The notes below the pieces were generated by a model. It did no database searches, was not told where the DNA came from, and was given only the letters and a program-made list of their open reading frames with translations. A DNA stretch of 64,000 nt from Haliotis rubra (lineage: Eukaryota). The DNA lies in assembly GCF_003918875.1 (NCBI RefSeq), contig NW_025766015.1:1426001-1490000 (forward strand). The letters are read 5' to 3'. Numbering within the stretch: position 1 is the first letter of the stretch; each line of letters begins with the position of its first letter. Position numbers and translations under genes: made by a program. Below, in pieces: positions 23,229 to 36,712 of the stretch.

Positions 23229-25676
23229 TAGTGTAATACCACTCTTATAGAGCACAGCGCTGGACAGCTTAGTGTAATACCAGTCTTATAGAGCACAGCG
23301 CTGGACAGCTTAGTGTAATACCAGTCTTATAGCCGAGGATAGTGTTGGACATCTTAGTGTAATACCAGTCTTATAGAGCACAGCGCTGGACAGCTTAGTG
23401 TAATACCAGTCTTATAGAGCACAGCGCTGGACATCTTAGTGTAATACCAGTCTTATAGCCGAGGATAGTGTTGGACATAGTGTAATACCAGTCTTATAGA
23501 GCACAGCGCTGGACATCTTAGTGTAATACCAGTCTTAGTGTTGGATCTTAGTGTAATACCAGTCTTACAGGCGAGCATAGTGTTGGACATCTTAGTGTAA
23601 TACCAGTCTTACAGAGGATAGTGTTGGACATCTTAGTGTAATACCAGTCTTACAGGCGAGCATAGTGTTGGACATCTTAGTGTAATACCAGTCTTACAGG
23701 CGAGCATAGTGTTGGACATCTTAGTGTAATACCAGTCTTACAGCCGAGCATAGTGTTGGAGAGCTTACAGGCGAGCAGTGTTGGACATCTTAGTGTAATA
23801 CCAGTCTTACACAGCGCTGGACAGCATTACAGCCGAGGATAGTGTTGGACATCTTAGTGTAATACCAGTCTTACAGCCGAGCATAGTGTTGGACATCTTA
23901 GGCGAGGATAGTGTTGAACATCTTAGTAAAATACCAGTCACAGCTCATAGTGTTGGACATCTTGAGTGTACAGCCAGCCAGTCTTACAGCCGAGCATAAT
24001 GCCAGTCTTACAGGCGAGCATAGTGTTGGACATCTTAGGGTAATACCAGTCTTACAGGCGAGGATAGTGTTGAACATCTTAGTGTAATACCAGTCTTACA
24101 GGCGAGCATAGTGTTGAACATCTTAGGTGTAATACCAGTCTTACAGGCGAGCATAGTGTTGAACATCTTAGGGTAATACCAGTCTTAAAGGCGAGCATAG
24201 TGCTGAACATGTTAGTGTAAGACCAGTCTTACTGGCGAGCATAGTGTTGGACATCTTAGTGTAATACCAGTCTTACAGCCGAGCATAGTGTTGGACATCT
24301 TAGGCGAGCATAGTGTTGAACATCTTAGTAAAATACCAGTCTTACAGGCAGGCATACTGTTGAACATCTTAGGGAAATACCAGTCTTACAGGCGAGGATA
24401 GTGTTGGACATCTTAGTGTAATACCAGTCTTACAGGGGAGGATAGTGTTGGACATCTTAGTGTAAGACCAGTCTTACAGGCGAGCATAGTGTTGAACATC
24501 TAAGTGTAATACCAGTCTTACAGGCGAGCATAGTGTTGGACATCTTAGTGTAAGACATGTCTTACTGGCGAACATAGTGTTGGACATCTTAGTGTAATAC
24601 CAGTCTTACAGCCGAGCATAGTGTTGGACATCTTAGGCGAGGATAGTGTTGAACATCTTAGTAAAATACCAATCTTACAGCTGAGCATAGTGTTGGACAT
24701 CTTAGTGTAATACCAGTCTTACAGCTGAGCATAGTGCTGAACATCTTAGTGTAATACCAGTCTTACAGCTGAGCATAGTGTTGGACATCTTAGTGTAATA
24801 CCAGTCTTACAGCCGAGCATAGTGTTGAACATCTTAGTGTAATACCAGTCTTACAGCGGAGCATAGTGTTGGACATCTTAGTGTAATACTAGTCTGACAG
24901 CCGAGCATAGTGCTGAACATCTTGGTGTAAGACCAGTCTTACAGCCGAGCATATTGTTGGACATCTTAGGCGAGGATAGTGTTGAACATCTTAGTAAAAT
25001 ACCAATCTTACAGCTGAGCATAGTGTTGGACATCTTAGTGTAATACCAGTCTTACAGCTGAGCATAGTGCTGAACATCTTAGTGTAATACCAGTCTTACA
25101 ACGGAGCATAGTGTTGGACATCTTAGTGTAATACTAGTCTGACAGCCGAGCATAGTGCTGAACATCTTGGTGTAAGACCAGTCTTACAGCCGAGCATAGT
25201 GTTGAACATCTTAGTGTAATACCAGTCTTACAACTGAGCATAGTGTTGGACATCTTAGTGTAATACTAGTCTGACAGCCGAGCATAGTGCTGAACATCTT
25301 GGTGTAAGACCAGTCTTACAGCCGAGCATAGTGTTGAACATCTTAGTGTAATACCAGTCTTACAGCCAAGCATTGTGTTGGACATCTTAGGGTAATACTA
25401 GTCTTACAGCTCAGTATAGTGTTGAACATATAAGTGTAATACCAGTCTTACAGGCAAGCATAGTGTTGGACATCTTAGTGTAATACCAGTCTTACAGCTC
25501 AGCATAGCGTTGAACATCTTAGTGTAATACCAGTCTTACAGGCGAGCATAGTGTTGGACATCTTAGTGTCATACTAGTCTTACAGGCGAGCATAGTGTTG
25601 GACATCTTAGTGTAATACCAGTCTTACAGGCGAGCATAGTGTTGGACATCTTAGTGTAATACCAGTCTTACAGCTG
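23229..25676. repeat. 44-bp tandem repeat (41-bp variant at the left end)
   Basis: The unit is TTAGTGTAATACCAGTCTTACAG(G/C)CGAGCATAGTGTTG(G/A)ACATC, about 55 copies. Confidence 0.96.
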
Positions 25677-26387
25677 ATTGCAAAGAAACACATGTTTGTG
25701 TAATATCAATCTCACAGTTGTATTTCCATGGAGTTGCACACTACGTTACAGGAGACATCTACCTCAGGAACATACAATGCATTGAAGAATCTGATGAGTC
25801 AGCAACTTGTTTTGACAATGCCTCTTCTATAAATCACTGGTTTTGCTGGCTCACGAGGATCACAGTAGCGTTGCCCCATCACCCACTGGTGTAGTTTATG
25901 CACGCTCCTGATAGCACCACTGAGCTAACTCTGATAACACATCGACCTATTCTTGTAGTAGATTACCTGTGGTATCTCAGCAATGTTGCTGATCCTTTCA
26001 CAGGGCTTTAGTGAAGATGGACTTGACCACCCCTTTTCATGGGTATTGTTTATTAATGTGTTGAGATTTGTGAAGCATTACAGGACCAGCATTCTTGATT
26101 AGTGAGTCAGGTTTATCACCTTGTTGGTTGATTACAGTTCCATAAAATGAAGAGTCGGGAACTCTCAAACTCAAACACCATTCTGAACATGATTAATGAC
26201 GTAAACGATCCCAGCTATTAGGATTTAATGCTGATCCCCACAAGTGGCATGCCAGACTGACATTGCAGTTGTGTTGGTGAAGAATAGTGAACTCAACACC
26301 AACTCAAGTCTTGACTGTTCGGACTGAGCACATAGAAAGGGTCTTGAAGCTTGGGGCACAGTGAATGTAAGGTGAACTGACATAAAG

Positions 26388-26535
26388 TGAGTGAGTGAAC
26401 TGGATTTTTCGCCGCTTTTAACATTATTCCAGCAATATCGTGGCTGAAGACACCAGAAATGGACTTCACACATTGTATCCATGTGGGAATCGAACCCAGG
26501 TCTTCAGTGTGACAAATGAATGCTTTAACCACTGG
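26388..26535 (-). mobile_element. SINE family A
   Basis: Tail, body and B box are recognisable. Confidence 0.82.
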
Positions 26536-26849
26536 GCTTTTCTACTAACTTAGTTTTGTGCACCTGGGAATGGGTTGTTGTCGTCAGCCTTTGCTCTCAT
26601 CTATAAAATTGGAAGCATCTATTAACCTCTCACCAAGAGTTTTGCCAAACCCAAGGATTGATTAACTGAGGTATTTGACCAATACTTTATTATCACTCAA
26701 CTTAAAAACCTCAAGTAGACTGGGCACATACCTCACAAGGTCTTGGTTAGGTAAAGATTTGGGATATCTGATCAGACCTGACTCACCTTACGATCTGGCA
26801 TATCAAACATCAGATCTGAGCTCAGTTCAATATTGGGCACAAACACTGA

Positions 26850-27090
26850 CCAGATATGGGCACATTCCAGATTGGGCATGTCTACAGACCAGATATGGGC
26901 ACAATTCCAGATTGGGCATGTCCACAGACCAGATATGGGCACAATTCCAGATTGGGCATGTCCACTGACCAGATATGGGAACAATTCCAGATTGGGCACA
27001 TCACTTGACCCGATCTTGGCTCAGTTGTAGATTGGGCACATCCAAGGGCCAGATATGGACTCAGTTCCAGATTGGGACAATTCACTAGGC
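26850..27090. repeat. 40-bp tandem repeat
   Basis: The unit is CCAGATATGGGCACAATTCCAGATTGGGCATGTCCACAGA, about 6 copies, decaying rightwards. Confidence 0.85.
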
Positions 27091-27176
27091 AGGACACAAG
27101 TCAGATATAATGTAGATTAATTTAAGGAAAGCTTGATAAGGCACACAAAACATAATATGATTGCTAGATGTGAAAC

Positions 27177-27182
27177 TTTATT
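27177..27182 (-). terminator. Candidate polyadenylation signal (AATAAA) of the OGFR-like gene
   Basis: The + strand reads tttatt, followed on the minus strand by a GT/T-rich tract (tgttttgtgtg). This would imply a 3' UTR of about 5.9 kb. It is inference only; nearer signals may be used. Confidence 0.35.
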
Positions 27183-28674
27183 AGGAATTATGCTCATAAA
27201 TACCATATGTACATTGTGGAATCACTACTCATTTCATTCAAAACAATTATATACAAAGTAAGACAAAAGACAAGTCAATAGGTAATTGTCACACTAACTA
27301 TTTTTTGTTCATATTCTAAAGTTCAGTAAATTTGTTATGAATGTGTCCAAAGGCAGCACCTGAGATGTGCATGCTCATGTTTGAAAAAGCAAGAGCAATA
27401 TCAGGGCTCTTGAAATCATAGAAATTTGCAGGATCAAACGTATAATTTGAAGGCACCATGTGAGGTAATTGAGAATCAAGTGAGTAAATATTGCTTCATG
27501 CTGCATCATCAATTTTGCAGCCATCTGTGGTGAGTTGACAATCATGTGGATTTATTTCACACACTTTCAAAGTAGATTTGACAATGTCATATAAGTGAAA
27601 TTAATTCACAACCTAATGGGTGAACAAAAGTTGTCTCAAGTCCCAATCAGCAATGTTACAGCTATATGAAGGCCCTTAAATACTATTTCCAGCTCTGTAT
27701 ACGAGATAAATACATGATAATCTTAATTCATGCATATAAGACAATGCCTAGCAAAAACAAATTAAAACTTATAAGGTAAATAATCTTGTCTGGTGGTGTT
27801 TATTGCAAATTTGACATCTTTACTGACAAAGTTGTCTTTTCTTGTTTGTTCACACGAGAGACACAATGTTGTTTTCTCACTGGTAACCCTAAAGCCGCCC
27901 CCTTCAACAGATTTGGTCCTCAAAAATCAGCTTGTCTATGGTAATATAGAGTAATCTAATAGGGGCAAGGTATTCTACTGGTTGACACAATGCCCCACAA
28001 TCCTCCAGTCAATATTGTAATGATTCTTGTTAGCTGTTCTCACTTCTCAAAACTGAGGACTTTCTACATTGAAAAATATGCAAATGAATTCTACCTGTTA
28101 AAAAGGAAAGTGAAAAAATAGAAACCTACTAAACTCAAATAAAGTAGAATACTGTGACTATCACTACTGACAAAGATGCCATGGACACTTTTGACAATTA
28201 CGGAAAAATTAAACACCAGAAAGTGTTATGCTTGGATTATCTCTGAGAACAGGTGAGTGTTGGGCATTACATTGCTTTTAACAATATCCTAGCCACGATG
28301 TGGCCTACAACCAAAATAGCCTTCACACACTGAAACCTGTTGGCATTCAACTGGAGCTGTCAGCTTGTCAAGATTACCCTCTTCCTACATAGGTAGGAGA
28401 TACGAAATTTATTCCTCTGCAAAGTCCTTCATCATTAAGGTGATATTGAACGTTTACATTAACGTACAGTTCAATATTTGTCTACAGAAACAAACACAAA
28501 CTCTATTTCTTATCAATGTCAGCTCTCATAAAAAATTAATGCAAAACAAAACTTTCAGAATTATCATGAATATCATTTCAGGATTTTCTCACTTTCCTAT
28601 CAAAAGAACAATGTATTCTGGAGCTCCTATTAGATATTTGGTAGAGATGCTGTTGGACCTATGGTAACAAAATA

Positions 28675-28837
28675 GTGAGTGAGTGATTATGGTTTAAGCC
28701 GCTTTTAGCAATTTTCCAGCAATATCATGGCGGAGACACCAGAAATGGGCTTCACACATTGTACCCATGTGGAGAATCGAACCCGGGTCTTCGGCGTGAT
28801 GAGCGGACTCTTTAACCACTAGGCTACCCCACTGCCC
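28675..28837 (-). mobile_element. SINE family A with TSD
   Basis: 12-bp TSD ggtaacaaaata (28663-28674 and 28838-28849). Confidence 0.92.
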
Positions 28838-31026
28838 GGTAACAAAATAAAACAATACAACAAACTATACTCTTGCCATATAATATAGGATCACTCTTCC
28901 ATCACTTGAAGGACAACTAACCTAACGAAACAAGACACCAGAAAATAAAACATATATTTTTATACTGTTATAATGATGATAGTTGTTCTGTATATATGAT
29001 GCAACATTTTACACTAATGAACAGCCTCCTCATGTAAGGGGTATATAACAGTTCAACATGATAGCCCAGCCTTGGAGAATAAGTACATGAGTGAGGGAGC
29101 AAGAATGGTTTTATGCCGCTTTTAGGAATATTCCAGCAATATCACAGCACTGACACTAAAAATGGGCTGCACATTGTACTGATTGGGAGAATTGAAAGTG
29201 AATGGTTTACCCATAAGGCTACCCAACTGCCCAGTACAGCACTGATGTGTCCTGGGCTTCAGTGTCACCTTTATGAAGGAGGAAAGCATGAAAAGTTACA
29301 GGTGATAGTTTACAAACAGGTCTGGTGCAGACAAACCATAACAAAAAGTTTAGGGGGATTCAAACCCATGATCATGGGATTCTGATACATCTGAGGGAAG
29401 CAACTGATGTGGAGACGCAAAAAACATGTACAGCCATTTTAGAAAATAACTCTTCACACACATTACATGTATGTACAATCTTACATAGCACGATTTGAAT
29501 TCATTAATTCTATTTCTTCCTTCCTCCAAATGTATCTTTTATAAGCAACTTCAGACACAAATACTTTTGTAACATTATTTCTAGATTTTCAGAAAATGTG
29601 TATAATGGTGCAATAATGACTACAGATATGTCTTTGCTGAAGTTGCTGGTGAGTGAGTGAGTGAGTTAGCAGGCTTGGTCTAAACAGTATTTCAATCATA
29701 TGACGTCATTGTTAGCTTGATGTGGCCGATGATCACAAAGCACTGAGGTGACAACCTTGACCAACATCCTGGAAAGAGTAGTTCAAATTACTACTACTGA
29801 TCCAATATCTTGGTCAACTCTTCATACTGCAGACTAGCATGTACAATTCACAGTTTAAAGCACGGGAATTGTTTGAGCTCCAAACCAATGAAAATACTAA
29901 CTGTTATTTTATAGAAAAAATACACTTATATGAACAAACGTTTCTTTCCTTGTTTGCAAATGTCATTTTGTCTTCAAATCTGAAGTGACAACAGGCATGG
30001 CAGGACTTTACAGAAGCAATCTAGATGGGAAACACAAGCAACCATCAGCTTGGCTGTCTGACACTTATTGAGATGTGCTGCTCACTCCGTGTGTGCTGGT
30101 CTGTGAAGTATTATGATTGGGAGTCTAATATACGTAAATTTACAGCTATGTATATAATGAGTACAAAGGTTGAAATGATACAGCAAGGTCACGATACAAT
30201 ACCTATCATGATACGTCATATTCAAGTCATGACATGAAGAAAATGCCTCATTGATACTTGTCTCTATAAGAAAGCAGTTCATTATCAGAACACACTGCAC
30301 ACTGATGCATGCTGGGGGGACAGTGGTGTTCTTGTTACTATATTTAGACATGGAGCAAGCGTAATCTGGAAGCTTCTAGAACAGCACAGACCTATCCAGC
30401 ACATGGATACGCTGTATGGAAACGCCTAGACGTTTTCTAATATATCCACAGGGGGAGGCACGTGCCACTCTCATCTCACATTACAACAACAGCAGCATAA
30501 TTAGGAACAAACTGAAAGCAGCGACTCCGATGACTACATGGACAGTGACTGAATGACTGCTACTTTCCATGTCATGAAATCTTATCAAGTAAGATAAAAC
30601 TATCTTATCAGACCAAGAAAAAGTTTGCTATAATTTTCTAAATCATCAATACCAAAACTATATAATAAATTATATAATAATATAATCATATTTTGAGCAG
30701 CAGTTGCAACCTGTTTTTGTCTGGAGTCTAAATCAAGCCCTGTAACTGCATAGCATTTCTTGTTTGTTTGTTCATTTCAAACCATTTCCTTCATGTAAAC
30801 ATTTGCAAGTTTTTATTAAGTTAATTGAAATTCTATTTAGAAATCGACATATTAAAGTAACATAGTATTTTCCTGCATTCTCTTGAATAACTTCTTCATT
30901 GCGAGCACGTGTTTTAGGGAGTATGTGTGTGCATGTGTGAGGGCGTATGTGTGTGCAAGTTTCTTAGCAATAATACAGCTCTTTGGTAGTCTAGTTTGGA
31001 CCAGATAATCCAGTGACTGAGACTGT

Positions 31027-31803
31027 GAACAACAATCCATGCCAACTGGATGTGATCACACACAATCAATAGTCATGAAGCCTGTCCACGTGATCCATTG
31101 TCACCAAGCATAGGTCGCTGGGGAACAACAATCCATGCCAACTGGATGTGATCACACACAATCAATAGTCATGAAGCCTGTCCACGTGATCCATTGTCAC
31201 CAAGCATAGGTCGCTGGGGAACAACAATCCATGCCAACTGGATGTGATCACACACAATCAATAGTCATGAAGCTTGTCCACGTGATCCATTGTCACCAAG
31301 CATAGGTCGCTGGGGAACAACAATCCATGCCAACTGGATGTGATCACACACAATCAATAGAGTCATGAAGCCTGTCCACGTGATCCATTGTCACCAAGCA
31401 TAGGTCGCTGGGGAACAACAATCCATGCCAACTGGATGTGATCACACACAATCAATAGAGTCATGAAGCTTGTCCACGTGATCCATTGTCACCAAGCATA
31501 GGTAACTCGGGGAACAACAATCCATGCCAACTGGATGGGCATAGGTAACAACAATCCATGCCAACTGGATGTGATCACACACAATCAATAGTCATGAAGC
31601 CTGTCCATGTCCATTGTCGTGATCCATTGTCACACAAGCATATTGTCACTAAGCATAGGTCGCTGGGGAACAACAATCCATGCCAACTGGATGTGATCAC
31701 ACACAATCAATAGTCATGAAGCCTGTCCACGTGATCCATTGTCACCAAGCATAGGTCGCTGGGGAACAACAATCCATGCCAACTGGATGTGATCACACAC
31801 AAT
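31027..31803. repeat. 96-bp tandem repeat derived from a decayed SINE B body
   Basis: Unit starts occur at 31027, 31123, 31219 and onward, about 8 copies. The unit aligns by eye to the minus strand of SINE B. Confidence 0.9.
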
Positions 31804-32083
31804 CCGGGAATACTTTGAACAAAACTCCCAAGTACCAAAATTCTCAGGTGCCTTCAAGAAAGTCCTTACTCATAATTCACATGCATCACAATAATGTACT
31901 GTTATTCCAATTATAAACTTGCCAATAGGTTCCAACAAAAATATGTAATGCTAGCCTATCCATGACGCTCAATGAAACTACTTAAATATGGACGGTTTAC
32001 TTACATAGATGTAGTGTCTTACAGCAACAGTGCAAGTATTTCAGTGTTTTCAAATTTGAATTTGGTTCTGTATTTGAGGAATC

Positions 32084-32269
32084 AATGAAACATACAACTC
32101 TATGGATGACAACTTCTTGTTTACTGCATAGAGCGATGTTTTGATGTAGATTCTTATATCGTTATCAAGCTAAAAGCTTTACCTTGAAAACGGTGAGAGA
32201 ATCTACACTGAAATGTCGCTCTATGCAATAAACAAGAAGTTGTCATCCATAAAGTTGATATGTTTCATT
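32084..32269. mobile_element. 186-bp near-palindromic element (MITE-like)
   Basis: aatgaaacatacaactctatggatgacaacttcttgtttactgcatagagcga is mirrored by tcgctctatgcaataaacaagaagttgtcatccataaagttgatatgtttcatt. Confidence 0.85.
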
Positions 32270-33059
32270 CTTGACTCACCAACTTCTCGAATGCCGACCA
32301 AACAATTAGAGGTATCAATGCCAACTGTCACTTACTAGACACAAACCACAAAGTTATTAATTCAAAGCAGCTGATAAATAGTACAGGTAAATAGGTAACA
32401 CACAGCACAATCTACATGGAAATAAAAAATCAGTGATAATCATAGTTTGTAAAGTGGAGGAATAATTAGCATCTCTTAAAAATTGCTTGTGATATGTGTG
32501 GACAGGTTCTCACCTGGAATCATGTTTACATCCCAATAATCGGACACAGAACACTTTAGAAATCAAGGGACTCAAAATAATTTTGAATAAGTTTCAAATA
32601 TTTGTAAAACTGAGCCTCTATGTCATTGATATTTCAAGCTGAACACCTTCAGAAAATCTAGAATTTACTGCCAATTTTCGATTATGAAAATTCAAAACAA
32701 TATATTTAAAAAAAATAAAATATTGCCAACTATTAAAAAAATTAATGAAATAGCAGTTGGGCAAATAAACATGATCTTTTTAACAATGTGTACAAATTGA
32801 TCTGATTTGATTCAATAATCATAAAAATCTTTTCAAAACTTTTGACATGAGCAACTCTGTGTGTTTCAGGAATCTTATCTGCCAGTCAATGAATAGCTGT
32901 TGAATTATGCTAGCAGTATTCAGAGGCGTTTTTTGAATGTCCTTCTGGGTACTCCTCTTACAAGGAGAACATCATCTACCCCTTCCGAGAACAATTTTAT
33001 TCAAAATGAGTGTATTTGTGAAAACCCTCCTAACTTTCAAATATGACAAGATACGTTTT

Positions 33060-33294
33060 TTATGAATCAGAGCAAATGATGTTATCTGCAAAGTCTCGCA
33101 GTTCTTCCCTGATCTCGTCGTCCTTAATGGTCTCTATCCAGTAGTTGTAGCAACTGTCAATTGTATTCTCCAGGGTCTTCCGCTCCAGAGCTTCCTTCAG
33201 CATGAAACGCACAAAGGGAGCTTTCAAATGTTCAAAGCCAAGTTCTCCCAGTGACTTCAAGATCCGGGTGATACGCAGATAGTTATGCATGGAC
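33060..33294 (-). CDS. OGFRL1: OGFR/OGFRL1-family protein, last coding exon (..R|SMHNYLRITRILKSLGELGFEHLKAPFVRFMLKEAL...CSDS*)
   Basis: HNYLRITRILKSLGELG is the hallmark motif of the OGFr conserved domain. The acceptor is ttgcag|G at 33295-33300 (minus). It forms a phase-2 junction with the exon at 56199-56347 (AG|G = Arg), and the stop is at 33060-33062. OGFR versus OGFRL1 orthology cannot be resolved by eye. Confidence 0.93.
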
Positions 33295-33402
33295 CTGCAA
33301 CAAGATAAGGGTTGTTATCACATGTTGGTCAGCTTGTTGTCTGTTGTTGAACACTTCACTCAGCAATATTCCTGCTCCGTGAAGGCAGTCTGTAAATAAT
33401 CT

Positions 33403-33642
33403 TGAGTGAGTTTAGTGTTACGCCGCATTCAGCAATATTCCAGCTATATGGCGGCGGTCTGTAAATAATTGAGTCTGGACCAGACAATCCAGTGATCAAC
33501 AGCATGAGCATCGATCTGCGCAATTGGGAACCGATGACATGTGTCAACCAAGCCAGCGAGCCTGACCACCCGATCCCGTTAGTCGCCTCTTACGACAAGC
33601 ATGGGTTGCTGAAGGCTCATTCTAACCCGGACCTTCATGGGT
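33403..33642 (-). mobile_element. SINE family B, best-preserved copy
   Basis: The minus strand reads ACCCATGAAGGTCCGGGTTAGAATGAGCCTTCAGCAACCCATGCTTGTCGTAAGAGGCGACTAACGGGATCGGG...GCTGGAATATTGCTGAATGCGGCGTAACACTAAACTCACTC. Confidence 0.92.
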
Positions 33643-36600
33643 ATGTAAATAATCTGACCTGGGCCAGACAATCCTTTGACTGACATCATGAACACTGCAT
33701 CAAGATGACATGTACTCAACCAATTTATCACTTTGGACATTTCATTAACTTGGTTCCATCACCAAAACATCATGGGCAGCTGAGAAATCTGCATTTTAGG
33801 GAATCTACACGAGACATTTTTCATATCATCCCTGAAAAATATAGGTGTAACACTATTCATTTGTTAAAAAGTCTTTTAATCTCAAATGCTCCTTTTCACA
33901 GCATCATTTAAGAGTGAGTTTTCAACAAATATAAGGTGTAACACTCCCCCACAAAAAAATTCTTTTGACTCATAAAAAAATTGTTCCTCACACATATTTT
34001 TCTGTTCAAAAACAACAACACACAAACTGGCAATCAGTACAAAAACAGCCTTCATCTCTGCCCAAAGTGCCAAGACCTCATGCAGCACATGAATCATTAA
34101 ACAGAAGTTGACGGAAGGAATTCTGTGATCATTCATCTTCTGTGTAAGACATTGAAGAAAAACATCCCCACTCCTGAATGGAGGCTTAAAAAGCGCACTA
34201 CATGTGACAAACATACAGATTACATAACCCTCTGATATTAATCAAAGTCATTTGGGGGGATACCAAAGCTATGTGAAACAATGGTTCCCACCACATGTGC
34301 AATACAGACCGTAACCACATGGCACAATATATGTGTTTATATCCCAGTTGACAGCAAACCTGTAAAACGAGCTGGATAAGATATTCACATCTGTAATGCT
34401 TGTATTACACTTTCAGTCATACCCTGTCAACAGAGAGAGATACCTTTCGTTCCAACTCAACCTTGTTTTCCTGAGTATGTTATGGAAAATTTTATAATGC
34501 CCACAATTCTGTATCATGCAAACTTATGACCTTTTACAACAACATTGGGAAAAAATGGAAATTAGTAAATTTATTATAATATCAATGTAATTTAACATTG
34601 TATTGTAACAATAATGTTTATGTTTTAAAGTAATCATCTTAAAGGCCATGTTATGAGAACAAATTTCATTTAAATTTAAATTTTTTACAGGCATTTCATA
34701 CAGACTTTGGTAAAGTATTATCCAACAAATACAAATTAATGATTATTTGTTAGTGTCCAGAAAATAGCAAACAATTTTAAAAAGATATTTCAGAGTAAAT
34801 GCTGTGAGATACACTAATAAATACATCAACAGCTGGGATTAATACATTGTTAAGTTAACCATGTATTATCATTGTTAAAATACACAACATTATAAATGCC
34901 ATCATAGTAATCTTTACACAAGACCAAAGAGAATAAATTTAAAAAGAAAATCATCTCCAGTCTAGCATGCCTCATTTCTAGCTCCAGCAATTAGGCCTTG
35001 TCCTGGGCTCCATCTGTATTCTATGTTGTGTTTTGTAGAAAATGTGATACCTTTATTTCTGGGACTAAATGTTGTTCTACTACACAAGCTGAGCTTAAAT
35101 GTCTCTGTTATGCAGTGTTCTATGAAATAAACTTTCAACACAATGACAAATCTGTGATCACTTTTAATTCTATTTCATTTTGCACAAATGGATAAAGTCG
35201 GTTCATAATGATATAAGCTATTGTGAGTACAAGGGAAAAAATAACGATAGGCTTTGCAAATACGATTTATCAGCTGGCGACTTCTAATTTTAATGTAATG
35301 TAATGACCACTCACCAGTCAAGTTTTCATACTAATTTAACTTAGAGAGGTCATTGAAAGGACACAAGAATGAAGTTCTAACAGCTATCTTAAAAAGTGCT
35401 ATCGAAAACACACCATGCAATTTCTACTCCAAGTGTTTCATCCAGTGAAAACTTCCGCGAAGTCACAATTACATTTGCACGAATGGTCATATTTCAGAAA
35501 CAAAACACGCGAATATCCTACGTTAACAAACACACTCCTCCAGAACAGTCTCCTTCATTCCCCATTTGCAATTTGTATATTGGACAAAAAATTTCTACCT
35601 GGGTACCCCACCCCCTATACCCTACCCTAAGCTGATACCCGTCATGTTAATTCCTGGCATCAAATTTGTAAGAAATGGCAAAATATTATTCTTCAGCTCA
35701 GAGGCTTAGATTTCCAGTTATTCAATATCTTAATCATGTATTATATTCAAAACAGGTGAGACCAGACCTATTTTATTTCTTGTTTTGGAGATTTTTGTTA
35801 TTTTTTGAGCAGGGAAAATTTTTAATTTTTTTTTCTTTTTCTTGAATAAATATGACCGGCAGATCAGTAAAACAAGAAATAAAATTGGTCTGGCCTGACT
35901 GTAAATTATGTCTAAATCTTCAAAGACAACACAACCTATCATGAAAGAATAACATATTACATTGTTTAATCTATTAGTCACATAATCACAACAGGTCCGG
36001 GTATTGAGACAAGTACCCGGGTCCAACTCATTACCCTGTCCCAGCCCTAATGCATGATGAAGGTGCTCTACCTAAAGATTCACAGAATATAGTCCTGTAA
36101 CTGTTGTCGGTGAGTACCATAACAGTCCGAACTTCTATCTGTAACCATTTAATAAAAAATCAAAGGAAAATGTGAACCAGCATCTCTAACCATATAGTGC
36201 ATGTGTATAATGTCATAGCACAGAGGGCTTGAAATCTTAACATTGCTAAGACAAGCAATTATCACACACTGCAGGTATGTAAACATTTCTGTAAAAGTCA
36301 TGTGAACTCTCTTGACATTTACAAATATATCATTTTCACCTTCTTGACACTGAAAGAAGTTTTGAACCTTCGGAAGTGAGGGTTTCAGATATCTGAACCC
36401 TCTTAACCGAGGGGCTGGCTCCTTAGTCAGACATAGGTTGCATGATAGATGTATGTTTTGTTTACAAAGTGTTGCCTTTAAGCAAATAAAAGAATTCCCA
36501 GGTGGCAGCTGAAACATAAGGCAGCATAGGTAATCCCTGCCGGATATGAAAGGTGTTGAGCTAAAGAAAGAGACTCTACACACTCAAAAACACGATTTAG

Positions 36601-36712
36601 GCTCTATTACTGCAATTACTGATTAGCAACTAGAGCTCTGTGATTCTGATCAACAAGGCGGTTGTTATTGTATTGTTTCAGTCTTCAAAATAAGTTATAT
36701 TACAATGACAGG

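Noticed and set aside
31027-31803. Tandem retrozyme (hammerhead-containing repeat)
   Set aside because: No CUGANGA...GAAA hammerhead core was seen in the unit on either strand; SINE derivation explains it.
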